In this document: positions 43,201 to 52,451 of the stretch, piece after piece
How positions within the stretch are numbered: position 1 is the stretch's first letter
Layout of the letters: every line of letters starts with the position of its first letter
The notes under the pieces: generated by a model
The model's database searches: none
What the model was told of the DNA's origin: nothing
Seen by the model: only the letters and a program-made list of their open reading frames with translations
Assembly (NCBI GenBank): GCA_963789955.1
Contig: CAWBMV010000015.1
Span: 96,001-160,000, forward strand
Reading direction: 5' to 3'
DNA from: an uncultured Candidatus Rokubacteria bacterium
GTDB taxonomy: Bacteria; Methylomirabilota; Methylomirabilia; Rokubacteriales; CSP1-6
DNA: 64,000 nt
Program-made: the position numbers and the translations under genes

Positions 43201-45745
43201 GCTATCGAGTCGACGCGGCACGCTGGCCGAGCAGGTGGCGCGAGCGCAGCGACCCGACGCTGCGGCTCCGCTCGTGCTGCCACGACGGGCGGCGGTCAGG
43301 CCGACGGGGCCTCCGGCCGTGACGCCCCGGCGCCCGCGGCTCGAGCTCGACAACGGGCTGGGCGGGTTCGCCGACGACGGACGTGAGTACGTCACGGTGC
43401 TCGAGGAGGGGCGGTGGACGCCGTCGCCGTGGATCAACGTGATCGCGAACCAGGACTTCGGCTTCCAGGTCTCCGAGTCGGGTTCGGGGTACACGTGGTC
43501 GGTCAACAGCCGCGAGAATCAGCTCACCGCCTGGTCGAACGATCCGGTCAGCGATCCGCCGGGCGAGATCATCTACGTGCGGGACGACGAGACCGGGGAT
43601 CTGTGGGGGCCGACGGCGCTCCCGATCCGTGAAGAGGCCTCGCCCTACGTCATCCGGCACGGGCAGGGCTACACGCGGTTCGAGCATATCTCGCACGGTA
43701 TCTCGCTGGAGCTGCTCCAGCTGGTCCCGCTCGACGACTCCATCAAGATCTCGCGTCTCACACTGACGAACGAGTCCGGACGCCCGCGTCGGCTGTCCGT
43801 GACCGCTTACGTCGAGTGGGTTCTCGGCGCGTCGCGGCCCGCCGCCGCGCCGTTCGTCGTCACCGAGATCGACGGCAAGACGGGTGCGATGTTCGCGCGG
43901 AGCCCGTGGAGGCGCGAGTTTGGCAGACGCGTAGCCTTCGCCGACCTCCGAGGGACCCAAACGGCGTGGACCGCCGACCGGACGGAGTTTCTGGGACGCA
44001 ACGGGTCGCCGGATCATCCGGCTGCGCTCGCGGCCCGACACCGGCTCTCGGGACGCGTCGGCGCGGGCCTCGATCCGTGCGGCGCGCTGCAGGCGTCGAT
44101 CGTACTGCCGGCTCGAGGCAAGGCCGAGGTCGTGTTCTTCCTCGGCGAGGCGGCGAGCCCGGAGCAGGCGAGGGAGCTGATCGTTCGCTACCGGACTCGT
44201 GACCTGGCGGCGATTCTGCGGAGTGTGGGCGAGCGCTGGGATCAGCGGCTTGCCACCGTGCAGGTCAGGACGCCGGACCGCTCGATGGACATCCTGCTGA
44301 ACCGCTGGCTGCTGTACCAGACGCTGGCCTGTCGCGTGTGGGCGAGGTCGGCGTTCTATCAGGCGGGAGGCGCGTACGGGTTTCGCGATCAGCTTCAGGA
44401 CGTGATGGCGCTCGCCGTCGCCGAGCCCGAGCTGGCACGGCAGCACCTGCTGCGCGCGGCGGCGCGGCAATTCGAGCAGGGCGACGTCCAGCACTGGTGG
44501 CACCCGCCTGGCGGCCGCGGGGTCCGAACGCGGATTTCCGATGACCTGCTCTGGCTGCCGTACATCGTTGCCCGATATCTCGAGGTCGTCGGGGATAGCG
44601 CTGTCCTCGACGAAGTCGTCCCCTTTCTCGAAGGAGCCAAGCTCGAGGTCGGACAGCACGAGTCGTACTTCGAGCCTCGCGTTTCGGACGAGCGAGGCAC
44701 GCTCTTCGAGCATTGTGCGCGCGCGCTCGATCACAGCCTGGCGGTCGGAACCCACGGCCTGCCGCTGATCGGCACCGGGGATTGGAACGATGGGATGAAC
44801 GAGGTCGGCGCCGAAGGAAGGGGTGAGAGCGTCTGGCTCGGATGGTTCCTTCACGCCGTGCTCTCCGAATGGGCTGACCTGGCCGACGTGCGTGGGGAGG
44901 GCAAGCATGCCGAGCGATGGCGTGGGCATGTGAGCGCGCTCAAGGAGTCACTCGAACGCGAGGGCTGGGACGGCGACTGGTATCGCCGCGCGTACTTCGA
45001 CGATGGGACGCCGCTCGGCGCTTCCGGCAACGACGCATGCCGCATCGATTCGATCGCGCAGTCGTGGAGCGTCATCTCGGGGGCAGGCGATCCGGCTCGC
45101 GCCGCGCGCGCCATGGCGGCCGTCGACGAACACCTCGTGCGCCGCGCGGATGGCGTCGTCCTGCTCCTGACGCCGCCGTTCGACGGCACGGCGCTGGAGC
45201 CCGGCTACATCAAGGGATATGTGCCCGGCGTCCGAGAGAATGGCGGGCAGTACACGCACGCGGCCATCTGGGCGGCGATCGCCTTCGCGGCGCTGGGCGA
45301 CGGGGACAAGGCCGCCGAGCTCTTCGCGATGTTGAATCCGATCAATCGCGCCCGAACCGAAGCGGGTATCCAACGTTACAAAGTCGAGCCCTATGTGATC
45401 GCGGCGGACGTGTACACGGAGCCGCCGCACGTGGGTCGTGGTGGCTGGACGTGGTACACGGGTTCGGCGGGCTGGATGTATCGGGCCGGGCTCGAGTCGA
45501 TCCTCGGGTTCCGACTCCGCGGTGCGAGACTCGTGATCGATCCGTGTATCCCGCGCGCGTGGCGCGGCTTCGAGCTGGTGTTCCGCTATCGCTCCGCGCG
45601 CTACGACCTCGTCGTCGAGAACCCGCGGAGCGTCTCGCGGGGGGTGTCGTCAATCGAGGTCGAAGGCGTTCCGCTGGCCGGCGACCTCAGCATCGGGCTC
45701 GTCGATGACGGGAAGACGCATCGCGTCCGCATCGTGCTCGGCTGA
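37274..45745 (+). CDS. ndvB: Cyclic beta-1,2-glucan synthase/phosphorylase (Cgs/NdvB/ChvB; GT84 + GH94)
   Basis: 2823 aa; WERKRGKL, TLDADT, LLSHDLFEG, HRWARGDWQ, PPDNFQE, SWSGSMFEYLMP, GAYGFRDQLQD, GDWNDGMN and RENGGQYTH. Confidence 0.93.
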   Translation: MRMARPSPEDPIRAELFGIERLEQHAESLAAAQAVMKRSGRGRRLLQRVEHNGRVLRESYRVIANAIREERAITPAAEWLVDNFHVVDEQLREIRDDLPPGFYRELPKLVEGPLAGYPRVYGIAWAFVAHTDSRLDPESLRRFVRAYQRVQPLTIGELWAVAITLRVVLVENLRRLAESIVRGRAARQEADVLADELLGVGDDGAVEPTARGLARFESGRLVTAFAVQLVQRLREQDRAVTPALRWLDQRLKAQGTTSDDIVRVEHQRQAAMNVTVRNVIMSMSLMSALDWTEFFESVSLVDEVLHAGPNYAAMDFATRDAYRHAVEELGAGLRPARAGGRARGRGSRATASAGTGDARQSDPGFYLIGNGRPAFERTLGYRAPPLRRLLRLYVAAATPGYLGTIALLSGFMLAVPVLAAGASGVGPVGLLVLALLAIVPASDLAIALLNRSVTALVTPAALPRLALRDGVPPHLRTMVVVPMLLTDSAEVTEQIERLEVHYLANPSGDLRFAILSDWLDAPAESIPGDDETLGAAREGIARLNRRHGAAPDGGERFLLFHRRRLWNESERAWMGWERKRGKLHELNRLLRGASDTSFVGTGGVTPSGIRYVITLDADTRLPRGVVDRLVGTMAHSLNRPRFDIGRQRVVEGYAVLQPRVTPPLPGREGSFFQRLSSGPAGIDPYASAVSDVYQDLWEEGSYTGKGIYDLDAFEAALAGRVPDNALLSHDLFEGVFARAGLVTDVELFESAPSHYGVAAARQHRWARGDWQLLPWILGRRMPLVGRWKMLDNLRRTVSAPATFLTLVVAWLMPGTSPAIWSAFILATIAVPTLLPVLSGLLPRGRGISKRSYVRAVGRDLFLAGSQFGLTITMLTHQAWLMSDAIVRTLARVYVTRRHLLEWVTAAQAKAGLRLNLRGFCRRMGGGVALAAAAAVAVAWWRPEAWPAALLFLVLWTVSPAVARWISVPRSTEPTQPLSAADARALRLIARRTWRFFSTFVGPEDHALPPDNFQETPNPVVAHRTSPTNIGLYLLSTVAARDFGWVGTLDVVERLEATLETLRALERFRGHLYNWYDTKHCYALEPKYVSSVDSGNLAGHLIVLAHACEEMVERPRLDRAALAGIEDTALLVHQAAVAAAGDARPSPAGHGPLADALDAVADAVREPPRDSAGWVARLATLKARAQAVLNAARMLVGEDPGNAHADVLVWAEALCATVESHTRDLDLPETLVRRLAILARDARAMVGAMDFGFLFDPMRQLFAIGYRVADGSLDSGRYDLLASEARLASFVAIAKGDVPVSHWFRLGRSLTPVELDSVLVSWSGSMFEYLMPTLVMPAPAGSLLEQTSRLVVGRQISYGAERGVPWGVSESGYNARDLEMTYQYSSFGVPGIGLRRGLSEDVVIAPYATGLAAMVDPAAAVQNFRRLAAAGASGAYGFYEALDYTPPRLPDGATVAVVRAYMAHHQGMVVVAIANVVHDGAMRTRFRAEPFVLATELLLQERTPRDVAVARPRADEVQAVGDVREFVPPVVRHFDSPHGSLPRTQLLSNGRYAVMLTTAGSGYSRWRDLAVTRWREDVTRDGWGTYMFLRDVDSGESWSAGYQPRGGTPDSYEVTFSEDRAEFVRRDGAIGTTLQVIVSPEDDAEVRRVSLTNLGTKSREIEVTSYAEVVLAPPATDAAHPAFSNLSVETECVPELETLLARRRPRSRGESPPWLAHVAVVEGAAVGELQWETDRARFLGRGRGIRTPAAVIDGRPLSNTTGAVLDPIVSLRRRVRLSPGDTVRIIFSTLVAPSRAEALGLAEKYHDPATFDRAATLAWTHAQVQQHHLGIAPDEAHLFQSLASRILYSDRSLRSPAEILARQTEGPAALWAHRISGDLPIVLVGVDEPDDVGIVRQLLRAHEYWRMKRLAVDLVILNEHAPSYVQDLQELLETLVRTSQSAGPHDGHEPHGNVYILRSDRLTASQRDVLLSVARAVLSSRRGTLAEQVARAQRPDAAAPLVLPRRAAVRPTGPPAVTPRRPRLELDNGLGGFADDGREYVTVLEEGRWTPSPWINVIANQDFGFQVSESGSGYTWSVNSRENQLTAWSNDPVSDPPGEIIYVRDDETGDLWGPTALPIREEASPYVIRHGQGYTRFEHISHGISLELLQLVPLDDSIKISRLTLTNESGRPRRLSVTAYVEWVLGASRPAAAPFVVTEIDGKTGAMFARSPWRREFGRRVAFADLRGTQTAWTADRTEFLGRNGSPDHPAALAARHRLSGRVGAGLDPCGALQASIVLPARGKAEVVFFLGEAASPEQARELIVRYRTRDLAAILRSVGERWDQRLATVQVRTPDRSMDILLNRWLLYQTLACRVWARSAFYQAGGAYGFRDQLQDVMALAVAEPELARQHLLRAAARQFEQGDVQHWWHPPGGRGVRTRISDDLLWLPYIVARYLEVVGDSAVLDEVVPFLEGAKLEVGQHESYFEPRVSDERGTLFEHCARALDHSLAVGTHGLPLIGTGDWNDGMNEVGAEGRGESVWLGWFLHAVLSEWADLADVRGEGKHAERWRGHVSALKESLEREGWDGDWYRRAYFDDGTPLGASGNDACRIDSIAQSWSVISGAGDPARAARAMAAVDEHLVRRADGVVLLLTPPFDGTALEPGYIKGYVPGVRENGGQYTHAAIWAAIAFAALGDGDKAAELFAMLNPINRARTEAGIQRYKVEPYVIAADVYTEPPHVGRGGWTWYTGSAGWMYRAGLESILGFRLRGARLVIDPCIPRAWRGFELVFRYRSARYDLVVENPRSVSRGVSSIEVEGVPLAGDLSIGLVDDGKTHRVRIVLG

Positions 45746-45871
45746 GCCGGCGATCTGACAGATCGAGCGATTCGGTCGACATAAATAATATAACCTATAT
45801 AAAAATTATAAGATGTGCAGGTCCGCAGTGTGCCGGCGCGCGGCCGGCAAGTTTCGTAGTGGAGGAATGCC

Positions 45872-46027
45872 ATGATCAGGTGCATGACGTGCCGGCGAGA
45901 GCTCAAGGACGAAGCGCAGAAATTCTGCAACGAGTGCAGTCGTGGCGTCGGCACGAAGCCCGGGCATGGCACCGCGGCGTCACCGGGAAGAACGGCTGCG
46001 CGAAGGCGGCGCCGGCGAAAGCGCTAG
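45872..46027 (+). CDS. 51-aa zinc-ribbon microprotein with an Arg-rich tail (below the ORF-track cutoff)
   Basis: GGAGGA SD; MIRCMTCRRELKDEAQKFCNECSRGVGTKPGHGTAASPGRTAARRRRRRKR*. Confidence 0.6.
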   Translation: MIRCMTCRRELKDEAQKFCNECSRGVGTKPGHGTAASPGRTAARRRRRRKR

Positions 46028-46046
46028 GCGCCCGCGACCAGAACTC

Positions 46047-47729
46047 TCACGCCGTCAGCGCCAGCTGGTGCCCGAAGATGTAGAGCGTCGGGTGCACCTT
46101 GAAGCCCTGCACGCGCTTGTCGTGGAACGTGAAGATCGCGCGCCACACCGGCTGCACGATGGGCCCGTCGTCTTGCAGGATCTTCTCGAGCTGCACCATC
46201 AGCTCGCGGCGCGCCGTCACGTCGAGCGTGCCCTCGGCCACCGTGAGGATCCGGTCGAAGTCGGCGTTCGAGTACTTCGACTCGTTCCACGGCACGCCCG
46301 TGCGGTAGGCGAGCGCCAGGCTCATGACGCCGAGCGGGCGGTGGGCCCATGTCGTGAAGCCGAACGGCACCTTGGTCCACACCTCCCAGTACTGCGTCGA
46401 CGGCATCACGTTGATCTTCACGCGGATGCCGGCCTCCTTCCATTGCTCGACCATCGCCTGGACCGCGAGGAGCTCCCAGCCCGGCTGCGGCCGGGCGATG
46501 ATCTCGGTGTCGATCCCGTTCGGATAGCCGGCGTCGGCGAGGAGCTTCTTCGCCTTGGCCACGTCGCGCTGGAACGCCGGTAGCTTCGCGTACTCCGGAT
46601 GCACCGGGCTCACGTGATGGTGCTCGCCGACTTGCCCGAGGCCCTTGTGAGCGATCTGGAGGATCGCGTTGGAGTCGACGGCGTAGCGCAGCGCCTGGCG
46701 CACGCGCTTGTCGTCGAACGGTTTGACGGGCTGCACGCGGGCCGTGGCCGTGTACGCGGTGGTCACCTGGTACATCTGTACGTGCGGAAGCTTCTGGAGC
46801 GCGTCGAGCTGGGTGATGTCGGCGCCGTAGAGCCCGTCGACCTGCTTCGAGGCCAGTGCCGCGACCGCCGCCGCCGGATCGTCACCGAGGTCGATGAACT
46901 GGATCTCATCGAGATACGGCCCGCCGCCCCAGTAGGGCTCCTTGCGCGCCTTGAGCACCTGGCGGCGCCCAACCTCGGCCTCGACCAGCGTGAAGGCGCC
47001 GGTGCCGTTGGAGCCCACCTTGAACTCGCCGTTCTCGGCCGGGTCGAGGATCAGCAGCGGATAGTGAAAGAGCTGCTCCGGCACGGCGAGCTGCGCGGTC
47101 TTGCCGTTGAGCTTCACCGTGAACGTATCGACTTTCTGAATGGCGTTGGCGTCCCAGAGCTTCGTGGACTTCTTGGCGTTGCCCTTGTCGTCCTTCTCGC
47201 CGGTCTCGTATTCCTCGAGCAGGAAGCCCTTCATGAGGCCGAGCACCGAGGAGCCGGTCTTGGGATCGAGCACCCGCTTGAGGTTCCAGACGACGTCGTC
47301 GGCCGTGAACTGTCGGCCGTTGTGCCACTTGACGTTGCGGCGCAGCCGCAGGGTCCACGTCTTCAAGTCCGGGCTCGCCTCCCACTTCTCGACGAGCGAG
47401 GGCCGCGTGACGTTGTCGACACCGGTGGTCGTCAGATAGTCGAGGACCTGGCGCGCGGAGTTCGACGATTCGACCCAGCTGTAGGTGTGCGGGCTCTTGA
47501 GGTCCTGGCACCGCATGCCGATGCGGAGCACGCCGCCCTTCGGCAAGGTTTGCGCCGCGGCCGGCGCGACGAACGGCTCGCTGGTCACCTTGCGCGCGAA
47601 GGCATAGGCGGTCGTCGCCGACATGCCCAGCAACGCGGCGTAGCGGACGAACTCACGCCGGTCGATCAGGCGATCGGCGAGCTGGCGCTTGAGGGTGGGG
47701 ATCAGGACGTGCTCGTCAGCGTTGCGCAT
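46047..47729 (-). CDS. Peptide-type (family 5) ABC substrate-binding protein with Tat-like signal
   Basis: DRREFVRYAALLG, KWHNGRQFTADDVVWN, NGTGAF, PFDDKRVRQAL and AKKLLADAGY; GGAGG SD; TTGACA-17-GACACT promoter at 47764-47792. Confidence 0.92.
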   Translation of the reverse strand: MRNADEHVLIPTLKRQLADRLIDRREFVRYAALLGMSATTAYAFARKVTSEPFVAPAAAQTLPKGGVLRIGMRCQDLKSPHTYSWVESSNSARQVLDYLTTTGVDNVTRPSLVEKWEASPDLKTWTLRLRRNVKWHNGRQFTADDVVWNLKRVLDPKTGSSVLGLMKGFLLEEYETGEKDDKGNAKKSTKLWDANAIQKVDTFTVKLNGKTAQLAVPEQLFHYPLLILDPAENGEFKVGSNGTGAFTLVEAEVGRRQVLKARKEPYWGGGPYLDEIQFIDLGDDPAAAVAALASKQVDGLYGADITQLDALQKLPHVQMYQVTTAYTATARVQPVKPFDDKRVRQALRYAVDSNAILQIAHKGLGQVGEHHHVSPVHPEYAKLPAFQRDVAKAKKLLADAGYPNGIDTEIIARPQPGWELLAVQAMVEQWKEAGIRVKINVMPSTQYWEVWTKVPFGFTTWAHRPLGVMSLALAYRTGVPWNESKYSNADFDRILTVAEGTLDVTARRELMVQLEKILQDDGPIVQPVWRAIFTFHDKRVQGFKVHPTLYIFGHQLALTA

Positions 47730-47814
47730 GGTGGGTCCCTCCGTCGCCCCGCGGGGCGGCGCCAGTGTCGGTGGGTGCCGCGATCTTGTCAACCGCGCGG
47801 ACGATAGACCTGGA

Positions 47815-48627
47815 CTACGCGAGGCGGCTGTAGCCGGCCGCTTCGGCTTGTCGCTGGCGCTCGAGCATCACGTCGAACGCCGCGCCGTCCGCGGGAACGA
47901 AGCGCGCGATCAGCAGCTCGTCGAGCGTCGTCTTCAGCTCCGGCGCCGTGTGCGCGGCCAGAAGCGCCTCGGTCAGCCGCTGGCGCGTCGGCGCGTCGAC
48001 GCCGGGTGAGGCCACCAGCGGCGCACTCGGCGCCTCGACGGTCGTCGCGACCACGCGAACGCGCTTGGCGCGCTCGGCGCCGTGATGACGGAGCAGATCG
48101 AGCCCGTAGGCGTCGACGGGGCCGACATCGGCCCGGCCGTCCAGCACGGCGTCGATCACCGGAAGCTGCCGGTGCAAGGGCCCGACGACACCCGAGAAGA
48201 ACGTCGCGCGATCCGGGCGCCGATAGCCGAGCAGATGGAAGCGCGCGGCGTTGTAGCCCGAGTGCGAGTGCTCGATCGAGTACGCGATGCGGCCGCCGAA
48301 CGTGTCCTCGAGCGTGCGGTAGTCGCTGTCGGCGCGAACGACGAAATCGGTGAAGTAGATCGGCCGGCCCTGATAACGCGCGGGCGAGGGCACGGGCGCC
48401 GCCAGCAGGTGCGGGCGCTCGTCGAGCATCGCCCACGGATAGCCGCACATGAAGACGCAGCCCAGATCGTCGCGCGCCCAGAGCTTCTCGAGCGGATACG
48501 GGTCCGCAAGCTCGAGCACCTGCAGCCCGCCGCCGGAGCGCGCCGCCACCCATTCGAGCAGGCGACGCCACGCCGCCGTCAGGGTCGGAGACCAGGAGTA
48601 CATGCGAGCCGAGGCGACGGGGACCAT
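47815..48627 (-). CDS. PhnD/SsuA-like phosphate/phosphonate substrate-binding protein
   Basis: VASARMY, FMCGYP, HSHSGYNA and DGRADVGPVD. Confidence 0.85.
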   Translation of the reverse strand: MVPVASARMYSWSPTLTAAWRRLLEWVAARSGGGLQVLELADPYPLEKLWARDDLGCVFMCGYPWAMLDERPHLLAAPVPSPARYQGRPIYFTDFVVRADSDYRTLEDTFGGRIAYSIEHSHSGYNAARFHLLGYRRPDRATFFSGVVGPLHRQLPVIDAVLDGRADVGPVDAYGLDLLRHHGAERAKRVRVVATTVEAPSAPLVASPGVDAPTRQRLTEALLAAHTAPELKTTLDELLIARFVPADGAAFDVMLERQRQAEAAGYSRLA

Positions 48628-48662
48628 GCGACTTGCGACCCTAGCGCCGGCGCGCGCGCGAG

Positions 48663-50479
48663 TCAACCTCTCTGGAGATCGGCGAGCTCGAGCGTGCCGC
48701 GTATCCGTTCCGGTCGCCGAACGTCAACGAGCCGGCGCGACTTGCTCGAGCGGCGATTCGCGAAGGGCGACCGGCACGTCGTCGCCGGTCTGCGCATCGT
48801 GGCGTGCCGCGTGGCGGACGCGAGCACCGGCTGGGGCGTCCGGAACAGCACACCGACACCGAAGACGACGAGCGCACCGATCATCGCCCACCAGGTGAAG
48901 GAAACCTCAGGGATGGCGGCGGGGTGCTGGAACGTTGCGTCGAATCCCAGCAGCGGCGCCACGCCGTTGACGATCATGACGTCGAGCTTGCCGACGACGA
49001 CCGTCGCCAGAAGCCCGGCCGATGATCGCGATGCAGGTTGCCGGCGTCGGAGCCGCGCCGCTCGGTGAACATGCCGATGAGGAAGACGCCGAGCATCGGC
49101 CCCAGAATGAATCCGGCGATTCCGAGCACGACCGGAATGATCCGCAGATCCGGATGCGTCACCTTGGCGTAGGCGAACGCGCCGGCGATCACGATCATCA
49201 GCACGGCGAAGAGGACGGTGAACCAGCGCGCCGCCGTGACGTAGTGCGCCTCGGATCGTCCGCGCACCCAGCGCAGATACCAGTCGTTGGTGGCGCCCGT
49301 CGCCAGCGCGTTGAGCGCCGCCGAGAACGAGCCCATCGCGGTGGCGAAGATGCCGGCCAGCACCAGGCCGCGGATCCCGACGGGCATGACGTTCAGGATG
49401 TACGAGCCGAACACGTCGGCGGTCGCCGCCGGCCGGTACGTCGGATCTTGTTGGTAGTAGACGAAGAGCAGGATGCCGATGAAGACGAAGGCCGACGCGA
49501 TCGGCAGGTCCATGAACGCGGCGGTGATCAGGCTGCGGCGCGCCTTCTTGTGGGTCTCGGCGGTCAGCATTCGCTGGACCATGTCCTGATCGGTGCCGAA
49601 GGCCGCCATGTTGCCGAGCGTCGCCCCGATGAGCGCGGAGAAGAGCGTGTAGTCGCTCGCCAGGATCAGCTTGACGTAGTCCCACACGGCCATCGCCGTC
49701 AGCTGATGGCTCGCCTGCCACTGGGCGACGACGCTCGCCTCGAAGCCGTGCAGGAAGTAGCCCTCGTGCGTCGTCAGCTGCGGGACGGCGCGCACGACTT
49801 CGCTCAATCCACCGACGTGATAGAGGAGCGTGCCGATCGCGATCAGCGCGCCGCCGAACATGAGGCAGGCCTGGATCACGTCCGTCCAGATGACGGCCTT
49901 GATGCCGCCGACCGCGGTGTAGAGGCACGTGACGATCGTGAGCAGGATGATCGCGACCAGGTACGGGCCGACCGTGCTGACCGTCTGCTGGTTGAAGTGC
50001 ACCTGACCGCCCGCTACGAACATGCGATAGGCCAGCACCATCACCAGGGAAGGAATGAAGAGCCGCGTCCCCGACGCCAGGGTGCGCATGAAGAGGAAGA
50101 GCGCCGAGACATAGCCCTTCGTCAACGGCCCGAAGCGAATGCCGAGATAGTCGTAGACCGTGTAGACCTTGTAGGTGAAGTAGGGTTTGAGGAAGACGTT
50201 GCCCACGATGACCCGTCCGATGATGAGCCCCAGGACGAGCTGGACGTAGGCGAGACTCTGCTTGGTGTAGCCCTCGCCGGGCGCTCCCAGGAACGTCGCC
50301 GCGCTGGTCTCGGCGGCGATGATCGAGGCCATCACGGCCCACCACGGCACGCGCCGGCCGCCGAGCGCGAAATCGGTCAGGCTGTTCTCGCGCCGCCCCA
50401 TGTAGAGGCCGATCGCGGTGATGGCGACGAAGTAGACGAGGATGATGATTCCGTCGACGACGAGCCCGTCGAGGCCCAT
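48663..50479 (-). CDS. Sodium:solute symporter (SSS); frameshift near 49030, 3' end uncertain
   Basis: SIIAAETSAATFLGAPG, GGIKAVIWTDVIQ, GTDQDMVQRML and many TM helices. Confidence 0.9.
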
Positions 50480-50512
50480 GGTTCTAAGGTATCCCAGAGG
50501 GGGCGAGGCGAC

Positions 50513-51982
50513 CTAACTGCGCGCGAAGTCGATGAAACCGCGCTCGACGTCGACGTGGACGAGCTCGACCTGCACGTGGTCGCCGACGTCGACGCCGTCG
50601 TAGCCTCGTACCAGGCGACCCTCCACGGACGGCCGAAGAATGCGCACCCACGTGCCCTTCTCGCTGGCCCCGGTCACCAGCGCGTCGAACCGCTCGCCGA
50701 TCCGCGAGGACAGCAGCAGCGCGGCGGCCGATTTCCTGACCTGCCGCTCGACCTTCGCGGCGTTGTCTTCCTGCTCGGTGCAGTGCCGCGCGAGCGAGTC
50801 GAGCTCCGCGTCGCTATACGCGGTCGGCCGGCCGGCCAGCGCCGCCTTGAGCAGCCGTTGCGTGATGAGATCTGGAAAGCGCCGGTTGGGCGCGGTGGAG
50901 TGGGTGTAGTCGCGCACCGCGAGCCCGAAGTGGCCGTTCGGCGTCTGCCCCGGCCGCTGCACCGCGTACTCGCCCGAGCCCAGGAGCTTCACGACCGAGA
51001 GCGCGAGGTCGGGAAACCGCAGCGCGTCCGCGTGCTGGCGCTTGACCAGGAACCCTTCGAGCGCGCCCGCGTCCGCCTGGGCCGGGAGGCGCTCGCCGAG
51101 CGTCGCCGCGAGCGCCACGATGCGATCCCAGCGCTCGGGCGTGCGGAGAATCCGGCGCAGCGACGGAACGCCCTTGCCCTCGAGGTACTTCGCGGTCACG
51201 CCGTTGGCCGCGATCATGAAGTCCTCGATGAGCTCCTTGGCCCGGTTCTTCTCGTCGGGCAGGAGATCGGCCAGCACGTCGCCGTTGAAGAGGGCTCGGG
51301 TCTGGATCGTTTCGAGGCTCAGCGCGCCCTGCTGGTGCCGGCGATTCTTCATCACCTGCGCGACGCGGTCTTGCACGCGCATGCGCTCGTCGAGCCCGCG
51401 CACGGCGGCGAGCGGCGGGGGTGGCGGCGCCGTCCCGTCGAGCCAGGCGGCGACGCTGTTGTAGGCGAGCTTCGCGCGATTCAGCACGACCGCGCGGTAC
51501 ACGGCGGAGTCGTTGACCGCGCCGTCCGCGCCGACCACCATCTCGATGACGATCGCCAGGCGCTTCTGGCCTTCGCCGAGCGACGTCAGGTCGGTCGAGA
51601 GCTTCTCGGGCAGCATCGGGAAGATCTGGGCCGCCGTGTACACGGACGTCGTGTTGGCCTGGGCGTGCCCGTCGATCGCCGAGTTTTTCTTCACGGTCGC
51701 ATCGACGTCGGCGACGGCGACGAAGATCTTCGCCGCGCCGCTCGCCAGGGGCTCGGCGACGGAGAGCTGGTCGAGATCGCGCGAGTCGTCGTTGTCGATC
51801 GAGGCCCAGAGAAGGCCGGTCAGATCCTTGATCGCCGGACCCGATTCGGAGGCCGGCGTCGTGATGGCGTCGGCTTCCGCCTTGGCCGCCGCCGAGAAAT
51901 CCGGCTCGAGCCCGCGCTCGGTCATCACGCGGCGGGCGATCGCCTGAAGCTCTTTACGGTTCTGGGCCGATGGCCGGCTCAT
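50513..51982 (-). CDS. RNB-domain exoribonuclease (RNase II/R family)
   Basis: SIDNDDSRDLDQ, LIEDFMIAAN, HFGLAVRDYTHSTAPNRRFPDL and a C-terminal S1-like domain. Confidence 0.92.
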   Translation of the reverse strand: MSRPSAQNRKELQAIARRVMTERGLEPDFSAAAKAEADAITTPASESGPAIKDLTGLLWASIDNDDSRDLDQLSVAEPLASGAAKIFVAVADVDATVKKNSAIDGHAQANTTSVYTAAQIFPMLPEKLSTDLTSLGEGQKRLAIVIEMVVGADGAVNDSAVYRAVVLNRAKLAYNSVAAWLDGTAPPPPPLAAVRGLDERMRVQDRVAQVMKNRRHQQGALSLETIQTRALFNGDVLADLLPDEKNRAKELIEDFMIAANGVTAKYLEGKGVPSLRRILRTPERWDRIVALAATLGERLPAQADAGALEGFLVKRQHADALRFPDLALSVVKLLGSGEYAVQRPGQTPNGHFGLAVRDYTHSTAPNRRFPDLITQRLLKAALAGRPTAYSDAELDSLARHCTEQEDNAAKVERQVRKSAAALLLSSRIGERFDALVTGASEKGTWVRILRPSVEGRLVRGYDGVDVGDHVQVELVHVDVERGFIDFARS

Positions 51983-52014
51983 CTCGTCGGGACAGAATAC
52001 GACGCCCGAGGGGC

Positions 52015-52043
52015 TTGACCCAAGACTCGCCTGCGCCCACCAT
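52015..52043 (+). promoter_or_regulatory. Sigma70-type promoter, probably giving a leaderless mRNA
   Basis: TTGACC-17-CACCAT ending 5 nt before GTG 52049; no SD. Confidence 0.6.
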
Positions 52044-52048
52044 GAGCC

Positions 52049-52359
52049 GTGGTCCTCACACGGCGCGTCTTGACCGTGTTCCTGATCACGCTCCTCGTGG
52101 GCCTGGTGCCGGCGGCCTACGCGGATCCTCCTGATCCAAGCTGGATCGGCGGCTTCTGGGACGACGACGATTTCGACACGGTCGTCGCCTTCATCGCGAG
52201 CACCTTCGCGACCATCGCGCAGTCCGATGTGGACGCGCGAGCCTTGTCTCGTCTGGATCGACCGCGCCGAGCCGCGCAAGCCCGGCCTTCGTTCGATCGG
52301 CACTCCCGAGTACCAGCCGTCCGCGCGCTCCGCCCGTAGCCTCGCTCCCGCTCTGCTGA
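52049..52359 (+). CDS. Small exported leader protein with an acidic motif and a C-terminal RAPP arrest-like motif (indel between the two parts)
   Basis: Signal peptide ...GLVPAAYA, then DPPDPSWIGGFWDDDDFD; a shifted frame reads ...STSRPRAPPVASLPLC* (RAPP at 52324-52335). Confidence 0.65.
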
Positions 52360-52451
52360 TCTTCGCCTGAAAGGGCCGGCGTCCAGTGGCGCGGACCCGT
52401 GTGTCCGCGTGCGCCCGCCCACGGCCTTCCGCCCACGTTCAGGAGGCGAGC

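Noticed and set aside
45770..45800. Possible dif/XerCD site (TTATGTCGACC on the minus strand)
   Set aside because: No plausible XerC arm at 6-bp spacing; better explained as an AT-rich promoter or operator.
49022..52018. 998-aa plus-strand ORF and other long antisense ORFs (14822, 16834, 31753, 43202, 59439)
   Set aside because: Shadow frames of real genes on the opposite strand in high-GC DNA; no recognisable motifs.
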